Assembly (NCBI GenBank): GCA_965601925.1
Contig: OZ271854.1
Span: 2,688,001 to 2,752,000, forward strand
DNA: 64,000 bases
DNA from: Alkalispirochaeta sp.
Lineage (GTDB): Bacteria > Spirochaetota > Spirochaetia > DSM-27196 > Alkalispirochaetaceae
Direction of reading: 5' to 3'
The translations under genes and the position numbers were made by a program. Below the pieces are notes generated by a model. That model was given only the letters and a program-made list of their open reading frames with translations, was not told the DNA's origin and did not search any database. Within the stretch, counting starts at the first letter, position 1, and every line of letters begins with the position of its first letter. Positions 9,625-20,240 of the stretch are shown here, piece after piece.

Positions 9625-10728
9625 CTACCGTACCGTATCCAGCGCGCCTCTCAGACGATAACGCTCCCGGGCGAGGCGTATAAGCTCCGCTAAGAGTTCC
9701 TGGTAGGACATACCGCCCGCCTCGACCATTTTCGGGTACATGCTGATCGGCGTGAACCCCGGAATCGTGTTGATCTCGTTGAGGTAGATCTCTTCGGCGC
9801 CCCGTTCGGTCGTCACGACGAAACAGTCGACGCGTGCGAGACCGGCGGCGTCGACGGCGCGATACGCCTCGGCGGACATCCGCATGATCTCATCGCGAAT
9901 GTCGGGGCGGAGCGCCGCCGGTATCTCGAACCGTGCGCCGGCCGGATCTTCGTACTTAGCGTCGTAGTCGTAAAACTCATGCGTCGGAATCACCTCGCCC
10001 GGCGGAAATGAGCGCGGCGTATCGTTGCCGAGCACTGCGGTCTCGATCTCGCGTACGGTGAGGGCCTTCTCAACCAATATCGTGTCGTCTATGGCACACG
10101 CCGCCTGGAGCGCCGATGCCAGTCCCGAGGACTCGACGACGCGTGAAATTCCGACACTCGACCCGGCGGCGTTCGGTTTTACGAATACGGGGAAGCCGAA
10201 CGAATCGTCGATCATGCGTGCAACTCGCGCCGTCCCATCGGAACCCGACGTCTCGGCTCGGTCGACGTACAGATAGGGTACAACCGGCAGTCCGCGTTCG
10301 TGCCACAGTTGCTTCGACCTGAGCTTGTCCATACCGACGGCGCTTCCCACCACACCACTTCCTACGTAGGCGATGTCCGCCATTTCCAAGAGGCCCTGAA
10401 GCGTTCCGTCCTCGCCGTACGATCCGTGCAATATAGGAAAGACGCACTCAACCGATAGATCACGCCCGCTACGGACCGCGAAACCCTCGCCCGGAATGAC
10501 GACCACGCGGCGGTCGTCTGCGCGGTCGATGCTCAAGCGTTCGCCGCGTTCCGCCCGTACGAGTTGCTCGTCTCGGTCCTGGAGATACCACCGTCCGTCG
10601 CGGTCGATTGCGATCAACTCCACGTCGGTATCGGGGGTCGCTGCGAGCGCCCGCAGAACTCCCGCGGCCGATGAGCGGGAGACTTCGTGCTCCGTCGAGC
10701 GTCCGCCGTACAGTAGGGCAATCGTCAC
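9625..10728 (-). CDS. ddl: D-alanine--D-alanine ligase
   Basis: GGRSTEHEVS, LHGSYGEDG, KPN.GSSVG, FYDYDAKY, NEINTIPG. Confidence 0.95.
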   Translation of the reverse strand: MTIALLYGGRSTEHEVSRSSAAGVLRALAATPDTDVELIAIDRDGRWYLQDRDEQLVRAERGERLSIDRADDRRVVVIPGEGFAVRSGRDLSVECVFPILHGSYGEDGTLQGLLEMADIAYVGSGVVGSAVGMDKLRSKQLWHERGLPVVPYLYVDRAETSGSDGTARVARMIDDSFGFPVFVKPNAAGSSVGISRVVESSGLASALQAACAIDDTILVEKALTVREIETAVLGNDTPRSFPPGEVIPTHEFYDYDAKYEDPAGARFEIPAALRPDIRDEIMRMSAEAYRAVDAAGLARVDCFVVTTERGAEEIYLNEINTIPGFTPISMYPKMVEAGGMSYQELLAELIRLARERYRLRGALDTVR

Positions 10729-12278
10729 GCGCTGGCCCCCTTGCCCATGCGCGAATCGATCTCCTCCGCGACGATCGCCGCCTCATCCCACGCGATCGGA
10801 CCGTCGGGATAGATAATCGACGACTCGTGCCCTTTGCCGAGGAAGAGTACCGTGTCGCCCTCCTCTGCGATCTCCAGTGCGTGGCGGATCGCCGAGCGTC
10901 GATCGGGAACCAAGAACAGGCGTCCCTCGTTGCGAATCGCGGGATCGCCGGTAAGGCAGCCGGCGGCGATATCTTCAAGGATCGCCATTCGATCTTCGCC
11001 CCGCGGATCTTCGTCGGTCAGGATCACCACTTCGGCGTGGCGTGCCGCGAGCTCTCCCTGCATCGCGCGCTTTTCGACGTCCCGCTCTCCCGCCGAACCG
11101 AACACCACGATCAACCTCCCGGCGGTATATCCCTTTATGAGGGGTAACACCTTGGCGAACGCGCCCGGTGTGTGGGCGTAGTCGACGATCGGTGTGTAGG
11201 GCAGATCGTGGGAGATCACCTGCATCCGTCCGGGAAGCGCCTTGAGATGCGGTACGACGGCCAAGAGATCGAGCGGATTTCGATCCAAAAGGGTCGCCAC
11301 GGCGAGCACCGCCGCCAGCACATTTTCCACGTTGAACGGTCCCGGCATGGGTACGCGGACCTTTCGCGACTCCCGTCGCCAATAGACGAGGCACGTCGTG
11401 CCGGCCGTGTCCGGTTGAATATCGCCGGCATACAGATCGGCTTCGGAATCGGTTACCGAGTATGTCAACACCGGGCGTCGCGTCGCATGCTGAAAGTAGT
11501 ACGCGTTGGGATCGTCCCCGTTGACGACGCCGAAGATCGGAAACTCCCGGTCCTTTTTGTTCGATGCGGTTCTGTCGAGGGAGCGAAACAGATTGGCTTT
11601 GTCACTGCGGTACTGCTCGAAACTTCCGTGAAACTCCAGGTGCTCGTGGGTAATGTTGGTAAAGACCGCGACGTGAAAGTCTACATCCTTGAGCCGAGAG
11701 GTCTGCTCGCTGAGGCCGTGAGAGGTCGCCTCCACCACGGCGAAGCGCTTCCCGTTTTCGATCATCTCCCGGAGAAATCCGTGGATCTCCGGCGCCTCAG
11801 GCGTCGATTGGCGAAATGGATTTTTCTCGAGGCGTAGGTCGCGCTTTATGAGCGCGGTGGATATAAACCCCGACTCCTCTTCCAGAAGCGAAAGGAGCTG
11901 GTCGATGAGAAAGGTCGTCGTACTTTTGCCGTCGGTTCCGGTGACGCCGATGACCGGGAGTTCGCGCGACGGATAGCGCGCCAGCCGCGCAGCGAAGGCG
12001 CTCAGGGCGGTGCGACTATGGGCGACGTGGAGATACACGACCCCGTCGTGTATCGACTCCGGTAACGTCTCGCAGACCACCGCCGCGGCACCTCTCGTTA
12101 CCGCATCGTCGATATACGTGTGTCCGTCGACGTGGTAGCCGGGGAGGGCGACGAAGAGGTCTCCCGACGTTACGTTACGCGAGTCGTACCATATGTGTTC
12201 TATCGCCGGATCGTCGTCCCCGACGCGGGCGATGAGCGGATACTTATCGATCAGTCGAGACAGGTGTAGGGCGGCCAT
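10725..12278 (-). CDS. murE: UDP-MurNAc-dipeptide--diamino acid ligase MurE
   Basis: GVTGTDGKSTT, EATSHGL, VDYAHTP, DEDPR, GKGHE motifs. Confidence 0.93.
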   Translation of the reverse strand: MAALHLSRLIDKYPLIARVGDDDPAIEHIWYDSRNVTSGDLFVALPGYHVDGHTYIDDAVTRGAAAVVCETLPESIHDGVVYLHVAHSRTALSAFAARLARYPSRELPVIGVTGTDGKSTTTFLIDQLLSLLEEESGFISTALIKRDLRLEKNPFRQSTPEAPEIHGFLREMIENGKRFAVVEATSHGLSEQTSRLKDVDFHVAVFTNITHEHLEFHGSFEQYRSDKANLFRSLDRTASNKKDREFPIFGVVNGDDPNAYYFQHATRRPVLTYSVTDSEADLYAGDIQPDTAGTTCLVYWRRESRKVRVPMPGPFNVENVLAAVLAVATLLDRNPLDLLAVVPHLKALPGRMQVISHDLPYTPIVDYAHTPGAFAKVLPLIKGYTAGRLIVVFGSAGERDVEKRAMQGELAARHAEVVILTDEDPRGEDRMAILEDIAAGCLTGDPAIRNEGRLFLVPDRRSAIRHALEIAEEGDTVLFLGKGHESSIIYPDGPIAWDEAAIVAEEIDSRMGKGASA

Positions 12279-12357
12279 AGGCGGCATGGTAACAAGGGCG
12301 AGCCGTGGAAGGCAACGGCGCATTCGATGGGGCGCCGAGGTGAGGGTGCGACGAAAC

Positions 12358-12382
12358 AAGCCCGGCGGGAACCGCCGGGCTT
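12358..12382 (-). terminator. Intrinsic terminator of hflKC
   Basis: Perfect 11-bp arms AAGCCCGGCGG / CCGCCGGGCTT with 3-nt loop, followed by GTTTC on the minus strand, 26 nt after the hflC stop. Confidence 0.75.
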
Positions 12383-12408
12383 GCGTTGTCTACGGGTCGA
12401 CGCGCGGT

Positions 12409-13398
12409 CTATCCGTCCTCGGAGTACAGGAAGTCGAAGTACTGCATATCGGTACTCAACGTCGCGCGGAACTCCGGAAGGGTGCGCCGATACGACTCGA
12501 TAGCGCGCCAGAATGCAAAGAAGTCGGCGTCCTGACGGTAGACCTCCGAGTAGATGCGTGCCGCCTCGGCGTCCGCCTCACCGCGAATGATTTCCGCCTC
12601 CTCATACGCTCCCGATAGGATTGTCCGGCGCTCGTTTTCCATCTGACCGATGAGATCGAGGCGGAGACCCTCGCCGAGTGAGCGAGACGCCTCGGCGATC
12701 TGGCGTCGTTCGGAGATCATGCGCTCGTACACGCTCTCGGTGAGGTCGTCGGAGTAACGGATTTGCCGAATAACGATGTCGCGCAGATCGATACCGAGCG
12801 CGGCGGTCGCCACGTTTGCCCGCTGCAACATCTCCACAGAAAGCTGTTGTCGCCCACGCTCGATCTCGCCCCGCTCGTCCACGACCGTAAGGGCCGCGGT
12901 CGCCAGGAGGCGGGTGTCGGTCTGGGTCATCTCGTCGTTTGCGGCGATCGGCTGGTCGCGCTCGATCTCGTTGATGACGTTGGTATCGCGTACCGCTTCT
13001 TCCAGGGCGTTACCCGATACAACGGTGCGTACCGCGCTTTCGATGATATCGTCCAGACCGGAGTAAGCACGCTCCATCGTGGTGACGGAACGGTAAAAGA
13101 GCTCCGGGTCGACGATGTTCCATCGCGCCGTCGTATCGACCCAGATGAACTGGTTTTCCGCCGTCGGCATCTCGCGCGCGTCGCCGTCCCACGAGAGCAG
13201 TCGCGCCGAGTACCGGACGACCTGATCGACCACCGGCGTCTTGAAATGCAGACCCGCCTCCTGCGTGGAGTCGATAATCTGGCCGAAGCGAATCACGACC
13301 GCCTGTTCACCCTCTTGGATTATGTAAAAAGGGCCGAGGATCGCCACGAAGACGATCAGCACGACCAATACGATTAGAACTGCCGCCAAGCGTCTCAT
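12409..13398 (-). CDS. hflC: FtsH protease modulator HflC
   Basis: N-terminal TM, SPFH domain, 'VYERMISER', 'IRGEADAEAARIY', FFAFWR; follows hflK. Confidence 0.92.
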   Translation of the reverse strand: MRRLAAVLIVLVVLIVFVAILGPFYIIQEGEQAVVIRFGQIIDSTQEAGLHFKTPVVDQVVRYSARLLSWDGDAREMPTAENQFIWVDTTARWNIVDPELFYRSVTTMERAYSGLDDIIESAVRTVVSGNALEEAVRDTNVINEIERDQPIAANDEMTQTDTRLLATAALTVVDERGEIERGRQQLSVEMLQRANVATAALGIDLRDIVIRQIRYSDDLTESVYERMISERRQIAEASRSLGEGLRLDLIGQMENERRTILSGAYEEAEIIRGEADAEAARIYSEVYRQDADFFAFWRAIESYRRTLPEFRATLSTDMQYFDFLYSEDG

Positions 13399-14405
13399 TG
13401 TAGACCTCCCGGAGTGCCGTCGCGCTCCAAATTGAGCAAAGGTATGAAGTTGGAAAGATTGCGGTCGATGAGCTCCGGTGTGTCCCGCATATCCCGCGTC
13501 GCCTGATCGTCGGGGGCGAAGACATCTTCTACCATCTCGAAATACAGTCGCGTGCGCGTTGTTTGCGGATCGTTGCGGTACTCCTGAAGAACCGTCTCGA
13601 AACGCTCCGCGTCACCCCGCGCGCGGTTGACGCGCTCGGCGGCGTACCCTTGCGCGACCTGGACGACCTGCAACGCCTCACCGCGTGCCCGAGGAATCTC
13701 ACGATTGTACTCCTCGCGCCCCTCGTTGATGAGCCGGTTCATATCCTGCTCGGCGCGGTTAACGTCCTGGAAGGCGTCCTGCACGCGACCCGCCGGCGGT
13801 ACGATGTTCTGGAGGCGAACTTCGGTGATGTTCACGCCGATCTCGTAGCTGCCGAAGATCTGATTCATCTGTTCCTGGGCGATGACCTCGATGTTGGGTC
13901 GCTCGTCTCCGAGTACGTCGGTAATGGCCCTATCCCCGACCAGGCGGTTGACCACCGACTGCGAGATATCGCGGATCGTCTTGTTCGGATCCTCGACGTT
14001 GAACAGCCAGTGCCTTGGCTCATTGATGCGATAGCGGATAATCCACTCCACATCGACGATGTTGAGGTCGCCGGTAAGCATCAACGATTCCTCCGGAAAG
14101 TCGGCGGTGGAGAACAGGGTGCTGATTCCCGCCTGTTCGACCCGAAATCCGAATTGCATGTTTTGTACAATTTGGGTTGGTACGTTGAAGTTCTGCTCGA
14201 TTCCAAACGGTAGTTTAAAGTGGAGTCCCGGTGAAGCGGTTCTGTTATAGCGGCCGAGCCGTACAACGACCGCCTCTTCGGTCTGATCCACTACGAAAAA
14301 ACTGGTTGTCGCAATACCGATAAGAATGAGCACGATCAGTACAATCGACAAAGCACGGCCGTTTAAGTTGAACGAGAACCGTGGTGTCGCGTCGCGTTCC
14401 GACAT
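13395..14405 (-). CDS. hflK: FtsH protease modulator HflK
   Basis: N-terminal TM, 'PGLHFKLPFGI', 'MLTGDLNIVDVEW', 'VQDAFQDV..A.QD', 'TRTRLY.E'. Confidence 0.92.
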   Translation of the reverse strand: MSERDATPRFSFNLNGRALSIVLIVLILIGIATTSFFVVDQTEEAVVVRLGRYNRTASPGLHFKLPFGIEQNFNVPTQIVQNMQFGFRVEQAGISTLFSTADFPEESLMLTGDLNIVDVEWIIRYRINEPRHWLFNVEDPNKTIRDISQSVVNRLVGDRAITDVLGDERPNIEVIAQEQMNQIFGSYEIGVNITEVRLQNIVPPAGRVQDAFQDVNRAEQDMNRLINEGREEYNREIPRARGEALQVVQVAQGYAAERVNRARGDAERFETVLQEYRNDPQTTRTRLYFEMVEDVFAPDDQATRDMRDTPELIDRNLSNFIPLLNLERDGTPGGLQ

Positions 14406-14587
14406 AGTGCGCTCCTTTTCATTGACTAGTTGGGATCAAGGTATCCCGACCACTGTGCTGCGTCAAGAAAGGTCGAAGTATGGGCGGCCGGTCCACCGCT
14501 GGACGGGATTCACCGGGAGGCTCGTCCTTTACACGTCGCGGCCATCCGTGATGCACTGTGATTCCGCATCCACAAGGAGGAAATAGC

Positions 14588-15646
14588 GTGAGATTACGAA
14601 TACCCATCGCCCTCGTCTTTATACTCGCGAGTTTTTCGGTCGCATTCGCCGGTGGAAATCGCGAATCCGAGGAGTCTGCCCCCGGAGAGGCTCCCGACGA
14701 TGTCGCGGTAGAGCAGGATCTTTCGACGGACGCGGTGGCACGCGTTAACGGCATGCTGGTCGGCCGCGAGGAGTTCGACGCAGTGGTGGAGAGTAATATC
14801 TATCGCTATGAGTATCAAAGCGGTCAAACATTCGACGAGGCGCAGCGCGGACTCTTGGAGCGGCAGGTCCTCGACGGGCTGATTACCCGTACTATTCTCG
14901 AGCAAGAGGGTGAAGCGCTCGCTATCGTCATCTCCGACGAACGACTCGCCGAGACGTTGGAGCAGTTCAAAGCGCAGTTTCCCAGCGAATCGGCGTATCA
15001 AATCGCGTTGGAGGAGCAGGGATTCACCGAGGCGGATTTCGAGGTCGAGCTCCGGCGGCAACTGATGATCGAGGAGCTGATCCGTGTCGAGGTGTACGAA
15101 ACGATCGAGCTCGACGAGGCGGAGACTCGGGCCTTTTACGACGGAAACCCGCAGTTCTTCGAGCGACCGGAGCAGGTTGCGGCGCGACACATCATCTTCA
15201 CCACCCGGGAGGGTCAGGACGAGACGGAGCGCACCGCGAGGCAAGCCGAGTTGGAGTCGATCCGTCAACGCATCATCGACGGTGCGGATTTCTCGGAGAT
15301 GGCGCGGGAACACAGCGAAGGGCCGAGCGCCGCCGCCGGCGGCGATCTGGGAGTCTTCGGCCGCGGCCAAATGGTCGGCCCGTTCGAGGATGCCGCGTTC
15401 GGCCTCCAGGTCGGCGAGATTTCGGAGATCGTCGAGACGCAGTTCGGCTATCACCTCATCCAAGTTACCGAGCGCATTCCCGCTCAGACGCAACGTTTCG
15501 AGGATGTGTCGGCGGAGATCGAGCAGTTTCTCACTGAGGAGGCGCGGAATCGCGGCGCCCAGGAGTACGTGCGAGACTTGCGCGCGGCCGCCCAGGTCGA
15601 GGAGTTTATAGAGATCGCCGGAGGCGTCGGAGAGAGTGCGGAGTAA
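14588..15646 (+). CDS. Exported parvulin-type peptidyl-prolyl isomerase (SurA/PrsA-like)
   Basis: Signal peptide, SurA_N-like helical region, [40 protein letters not shown] before GTG. Confidence 0.9.
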   Translation: MRLRIPIALVFILASFSVAFAGGNRESEESAPGEAPDDVAVEQDLSTDAVARVNGMLVGREEFDAVVESNIYRYEYQSGQTFDEAQRGLLERQVLDGLITRTILEQEGEALAIVISDERLAETLEQFKAQFPSESAYQIALEEQGFTEADFEVELRRQLMIEELIRVEVYETIELDEAETRAFYDGNPQFFERPEQVAARHIIFTTREGQDETERTARQAELESIRQRIIDGADFSEMAREHSEGPSAAAGGDLGVFGRGQMVGPFEDAAFGLQVGEISEIVETQFGYHLIQVTERIPAQTQRFEDVSAEIEQFLTEEARNRGAQEYVRDLRAAAQVEEFIEIAGGVGESAE

Positions 15647-15728
15647 CATACGCACCACGAGCCGCAGGCGGTTCTTCGAAGATGCGACGGGTCCGGTGCC
15701 GTCCACGGCATCCGTCTCGTAAAGCGGT

Positions 15729-16975
15729 ATGCGAACACGAGTCTGGAATCGCGACTTCGTTCTCCTCTGGCAGGGGCAGCTCGTCTCCTCCATCGGGGAC
15801 GTCGCCTTCCAAATCGGTCTCGGCTTTTGGATACTGCGCGAGACCGGCTCGTCGACCGTCATGGGAACGGTCCTCGCCCTATCGACGGCGGCGCGGGTTC
15901 TGTTCGGCCCGGCCGGCGGCGTCTTTGCCGATCGGTGGAATCGAAAGCGCATCATCGTCTTTGCCGATCTCCTGTGCGGTCTTGTCGTCATCGTCGGCGC
16001 CGTCCTCGCCTACTTGGCCGTTCTCGATGTGTGGATGGTGATGGTGGGATCGGCCCTTATCGGACTCTCGGCGGCTTTTTTGAGCCGGCCGTCGCGGCGA
16101 GCATTCCCGATTTGGTACCGAACGCCGCCCTCACGAAGGGAAATAGCGCCTTCGCCCTCATCCAAACCGTCTCGGGCATTCTGGGTAACACCGTCGGAGG
16201 CGTGCTCTACGGTCTCCTCGGCGCCCCACTCCTCTTTTTAATAAATGGAATCACCTACTGCGTGTCGAGCCTGTCGGAGTCGTTCATAACGATTCCGTCG
16301 CGGCGCAGGGAGGGCTCCTCGACAAACGAGGGGCGGATACGCGTCGGTTTTCGGGAGGAACTTCGGCGCGGCATGACCTTCGTGTGGAAACAACCGGTTT
16401 TACGTCTTCTCTTCATTAACGTCGGTATGCTCAATCTTCTTCTCACGATCGGGAGCGTGCTGCTCGTACCCTATTTCGAGCGATCGGATGTTTTTGCGGC
16501 TACCGACTATGGACTTACGATGGCGGTGTTGACCGGCGGTTCCCTGGTGGCCCTGGTATTCCTGCAAGCTGCGAGACTGCAGCACCGGTCGCGCTTTGCC
16601 GTATTTGCGATACTGGCGATCGCCTTCGGTATCGCGCGCTCATTTCTCGTAAGTGTTCCGTCGCTTCCCGTCATTCTCACCTTCGCTGCGATCGCCGGTT
16701 TTGCCGTTGCGGTCATCAACTCCTTCATCATAAGCACGATTCAGGAGATCGCCCCCGCCGAACTTCGCGGAAACGTCATGGGCCTGCTCGGGACCTTTTC
16801 GAGCGGTCTTATGCCGTTGGGACTCGCCGCCGGTGGTCTCCTCGGCGCCCTCTTTCCGATCACGACGGTCATTCCGATCACGGGGCTCCTGGCAACGATC
16901 GGTTTCGTTCCCCTCATTGTCAGTCGCCCCGTGGCCGAAGCCTTGAGCGGCGCGCCTGCGGAGACTCTCGACTAA
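15729..16975 (+). pseudogene. MFS transporter (DHA3/macrolide-efflux-like) split by a frameshift at a T6 run (16076-16081)
   Basis: The N-half (NRDFVLLWQGQLVS, GVFADRWNRK) and C-half (FEPAVAASIPDLVP...) lie in different frames; one extra T joins them. Confidence 0.8.
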
Positions 16976-17348
16976 CGGGAGCGAGGCCTGTGAGTCGAGG
17001 AAGGGCGCACCCAAGCACGATTCGTAAGACCGAGGCGGCGTGCAAGCTGTCGGCGAGCACCGGAACATCGACATCCATCCAGGCCGAATCCGACCATCCC
17101 GCACGATACGCTACCACCTCCCGTGACGGTCGACGGTGCTTGTCCTCCGTGTGACTTCATCACGCTCGTCAGTCCGCCGTTGACCGTCAATCGTCGCCGT
17201 TTTCGCGTATCCCGCTACTATGATTATCGTATTGAAGATCGTGTTGTGAAATGAGAAACACTATTTATAGAGTAATACTGAAAATAAAATTTGATAAATT
17301 AATTAATAGCGAGTTAACGGTGCGTTCATGGTTGGTGGAGAGAAAGTG

Positions 17349-17377
17349 ATTTCATTTTTGTTTGTAAGAAATGAAAT
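17349..17377. promoter_or_regulatory. Candidate operator ATTTCAT-N15-ATGAAAT upstream of the SIS gene
   Basis: Inverted repeat in an AT-rich intergenic region; the same motif and spacing recur at 23850-23878. Confidence 0.7.
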
Positions 17378-17381
17378 TCAG

Positions 17382-17390
17382 TGCTATCGT
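17382..17390 (+). promoter_or_regulatory. Extended -10 (TGcTATCGT) 6 nt before ATG 17397, probably a leaderless promoter
   Basis: TGnTAnnnT directly upstream of a start codon that has no SD sequence. Confidence 0.5.
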
Positions 17391-17396
17391 TCTACC

Positions 17397-18017
17397 ATGG
17401 ATGCAACGGAAACGCGGCGTATGGAGCGCGCAAGTGCGGTGTGGGCGAGCGAGGCGCAGTCAATCGCGAAACTCGGACGAACGATCGATGGACGGGCTCT
17501 GTCGGCCGCCGCCACTCTCATCGGTTCCGCGCGACGGACCGTGCTGACCGGTGCCGGAACGTCGGGACAGGCGGCGAAGAAGATCGCTCATACGCTCTCC
17601 TGCATCGAGGTACCCTCGCTCTACGTGAATCCGGCGGACGCGATGCACGGCGGAATGGGAGTCGTCCAGGAGGGCGACGTAGCCGTGCTGATTTCCAAGG
17701 GCGGCGATACGCGTGAGATCGTGGACCTGATTCCGGCCCTGCGGCACAAGCGTATACCGATCGTCGGGGTAACCGAGCGCGCCGATTCCGGGGTTGGGCG
17801 CGCAGCCCGAGTTCTCTTGTGCGTCTCGGTTGAGCGCGAGCCGGATCGACTGAATATGCTCGCAACGGCGAGCACCATGGCCGTCATCGCGGTATTCGAT
17901 GCACTTGCGGTCGTGCTCATGGAGGAGCGCGGCTTTTCGCCCGAACAGTTTCTCGCGATACACCCCGGTGGAGCCGTGGGCGATCGTCTCAGAGAGAGAA
18001 AGGAATCGACGATATGA
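17397..18017 (+). CDS. SIS-domain sugar-phosphate isomerase (KdsD/GutQ-like, no CBS domains)
   Basis: TGAGTSG..A.KIA, A.HGGMG, ISKGG.T.E, TAST, F...HPGG..G; ends before any CBS pair. Confidence 0.85.
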   Translation: MDATETRRMERASAVWASEAQSIAKLGRTIDGRALSAAATLIGSARRTVLTGAGTSGQAAKKIAHTLSCIEVPSLYVNPADAMHGGMGVVQEGDVAVLISKGGDTREIVDLIPALRHKRIPIVGVTERADSGVGRAARVLLCVSVEREPDRLNMLATASTMAVIAVFDALAVVLMEERGFSPEQFLAIHPGGAVGDRLRERKESTI

Positions 18018-19306
18018 ATGATTGGCAGACCCGCCTGGAGGAGCGCGCAGCATCGGGACGTACCATCGGTGTCGGGTTGATCGGAATCGGACAGATGGGT
18101 GCGGAAATCGTCGCCACCATCGGCGCGATGCGCGGTATCGATGTCGTCGTGGCCGTCGATCTCTCGCCGGACCGCGCACGAGCCGGATTCAACGCCCTGG
18201 GGCATCCGGTCGATGTCGTCGAGACCGATGATCTCGACGAGGCGGAGCGCGCCGTTCAAAGGGGGCGGTTCGTCGCGACGACCGATTATCGCATCGCCAC
18301 GCGGCTCTCACGCGTCGAGGCGGTAATCGACGCGACGGGAATCATCGATATGGCCGCGCGAGTATCATTGGATGCAATCGACCACGGTAAGCATATCGTT
18401 ATGATGAGCGTTGAATGCGACGTGACGATCGGGCCCATCTTGAGACGTATGGCCGAGAATGCCGGTGTGATCTACTCCCTCGCGGCGGGGGACGAGCCGG
18501 CGGCGATTATCGAGCTCTATCGCTTTGCCGTGACGGTCGGCTTTACCGTCGTTTCGGCGGGTAAGGGAAAGAACAACCCGCTTAATATCTATGCCAATCC
18601 GGAAACCGAACGCGCCAAGGCTGAACAGCGCAATATGAATCCGCGCATGCTCGCCGAGTTCGTGGACGGCTCAAAGACCGCTATCGAGATGACGGCGGTC
18701 TCCAACGCCACCGGCCTGGTTCCCGACGTCCGGGGCATGCACGGCGCCACCTCGAACGTTGCCGGTCTCAACTCGACGTTCGTCCCCAAATCGGACGGCG
18801 GTGTGCTCGATCGTACCGGGGTAGTGGACTTTGCCATCGGCGTTCATCCCGGGGTCTTCGTCGTCGTCACGACCGACAATCGGCTTCTGCGCGAGGGGCT
18901 CGTGCAGCGCGATATGGGGCCGGGACCATACTACACGCTCTACCGACCGTACCATCTCACCAGCATCGAGGTCCCCATTACCGTGTGTCAGGCGGTGCTG
19001 TTCGGTCAGTCGAGCGGCCACCCCAAACGGGAGCTCGTCTCGGAGTGTATCGCAGTGACCAAGCGCGACATCGTCGCCGGCGAGATTCTCGACGGTATCG
19101 GCGAGTACTGTTATCGCGGCAGTATCGAGCGTGCCCCGGTCGCACACTCCGAACGGCTCGTACCGTTGGGTATGGCGCGTGGAATGCGTGCGATCGTCGA
19201 TGTTCCGGTCGATACGGCGATCACCTACGATATGGTCGAGGTGGTCGACGAGACGGTTTTGTTACAGCTGCGGCGCCTGCAGGATTTGACCGCTGCAGCG
19301 GTGTGA
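18014..19306 (+). CDS. NAD(P)-dependent oxidoreductase, homoserine-dehydrogenase-like with C-terminal SAF domain
   Basis: GLIGIGQMG Rossmann motif, GDEPA, AGKGKN, FVDGSK..IEM, YRPYHL, KRDI..GE.LDGIG (SAF). Confidence 0.85.
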   Translation: MNDWQTRLEERAASGRTIGVGLIGIGQMGAEIVATIGAMRGIDVVVAVDLSPDRARAGFNALGHPVDVVETDDLDEAERAVQRGRFVATTDYRIATRLSRVEAVIDATGIIDMAARVSLDAIDHGKHIVMMSVECDVTIGPILRRMAENAGVIYSLAAGDEPAAIIELYRFAVTVGFTVVSAGKGKNNPLNIYANPETERAKAEQRNMNPRMLAEFVDGSKTAIEMTAVSNATGLVPDVRGMHGATSNVAGLNSTFVPKSDGGVLDRTGVVDFAIGVHPGVFVVVTTDNRLLREGLVQRDMGPGPYYTLYRPYHLTSIEVPITVCQAVLFGQSSGHPKRELVSECIAVTKRDIVAGEILDGIGEYCYRGSIERAPVAHSERLVPLGMARGMRAIVDVPVDTAITYDMVEVVDETVLLQLRRLQDLTAAAV

Positions 19307-19371
19307 GCTGCGGCGACGACACCGTGCTTGCGTGATGATCTTTTTCGGGGGAGACTGGTCGCGGAGACGTT

Positions 19372-20229
19372 ATGGGAATTCCTCGTTCGTGCCAGCTACG
19401 CATACTGTCGATATATCACGACCTCAAAAGCGCCGAGCGCCGCGCCGTCGATTTATTGCTCGACAAGCCGGCCGAGGTTCCGTCGCTCACTATCGGCGAG
19501 TATGCGCGTCGCGCCGGATGTAGCGAGGCGACCGTCGTTAGACTGTCGAAGCGGTTGGGATACGCCGGGTTTCCGGAGCTCAAGCTCGCTTTCGACGGCG
19601 AGCCCGGCGAGGGGACGGTGGGAGACTTTCAAAGTGTCAACCCTACCGACGATCCGATCACCGTCGCGGCTAAGGTGACCGACTCGGCGATTGCGGGTCT
19701 CACGGATACGCTCTCGGTACTCGATCGAGAGGCGTACTTGGCCGCGGTCGACGCCATTGTGGAGGCCCGGAAGCTCGTCTTCTGCGGCCTCGGAGACGGT
19801 TATCCCGTCGCGGTCGAGGCGTGCCAACGGTTCGATCGCGTCGGTCAGCCGTGTTGGGCGCCGGTCGACGCCGATCAGCAGTTGGTGCTGGCGACCAATC
19901 TCGGGCGAAGAAGCGCCCTCATCGCCATCTCCCATTCGGGACGCAGCACCACTATTCTGGACGCGATGGAGGCGGCGAAGGGGGGCGGCGCCACGGTGAT
20001 CGCCATTACCAACTTTCCCGGCTCTCCGGTCGCCAGGCGCGCCGATATCGTGTTGCAGACCGCCGTTTTCACCACCGACTGGAGCGGAGAGACCGTCTCG
20101 AAGCGTATCGCACAGTTGGGCATCGTCGAATCGTTGTTCGCCAACTTCATGATTCGCCGTGGACCCGAGACGGTACACACGTTGCGACACATCAATAAGG
20201 TGGTGAGAGTCCACAAACGAAACGGGTAA
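19372..20229 (+). CDS. MurR/RpiR family transcriptional regulator
   Basis: N-terminal HTH (SEATVVRLSKRLGYAGF.ELK) plus SIS domain (ISHSGRS). Confidence 0.92.
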   Translation: MGIPRSCQLRILSIYHDLKSAERRAVDLLLDKPAEVPSLTIGEYARRAGCSEATVVRLSKRLGYAGFPELKLAFDGEPGEGTVGDFQSVNPTDDPITVAAKVTDSAIAGLTDTLSVLDREAYLAAVDAIVEARKLVFCGLGDGYPVAVEACQRFDRVGQPCWAPVDADQQLVLATNLGRRSALIAISHSGRSTTILDAMEAAKGGGATVIAITNFPGSPVARRADIVLQTAVFTTDWSGETVSKRIAQLGIVESLFANFMIRRGPETVHTLRHINKVVRVHKRNG

Positions 20230-20240
20230 CGGAGGGAGCG

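Noticed and set aside
9625..10728. ddl as a vancomycin-resistance-type D-Ala-D-Lac ligase
   Set aside because: The omega loop reads YDYDAKY (D-Ala-D-Ala type) and the gene sits with murE, with no van genes nearby
17140..17180. Minus-strand CTGACGA followed by a short stem, resembling a hammerhead ribozyme core
   Set aside because: The required GAAA after stem II and a matching cleavage-site arrangement are absent
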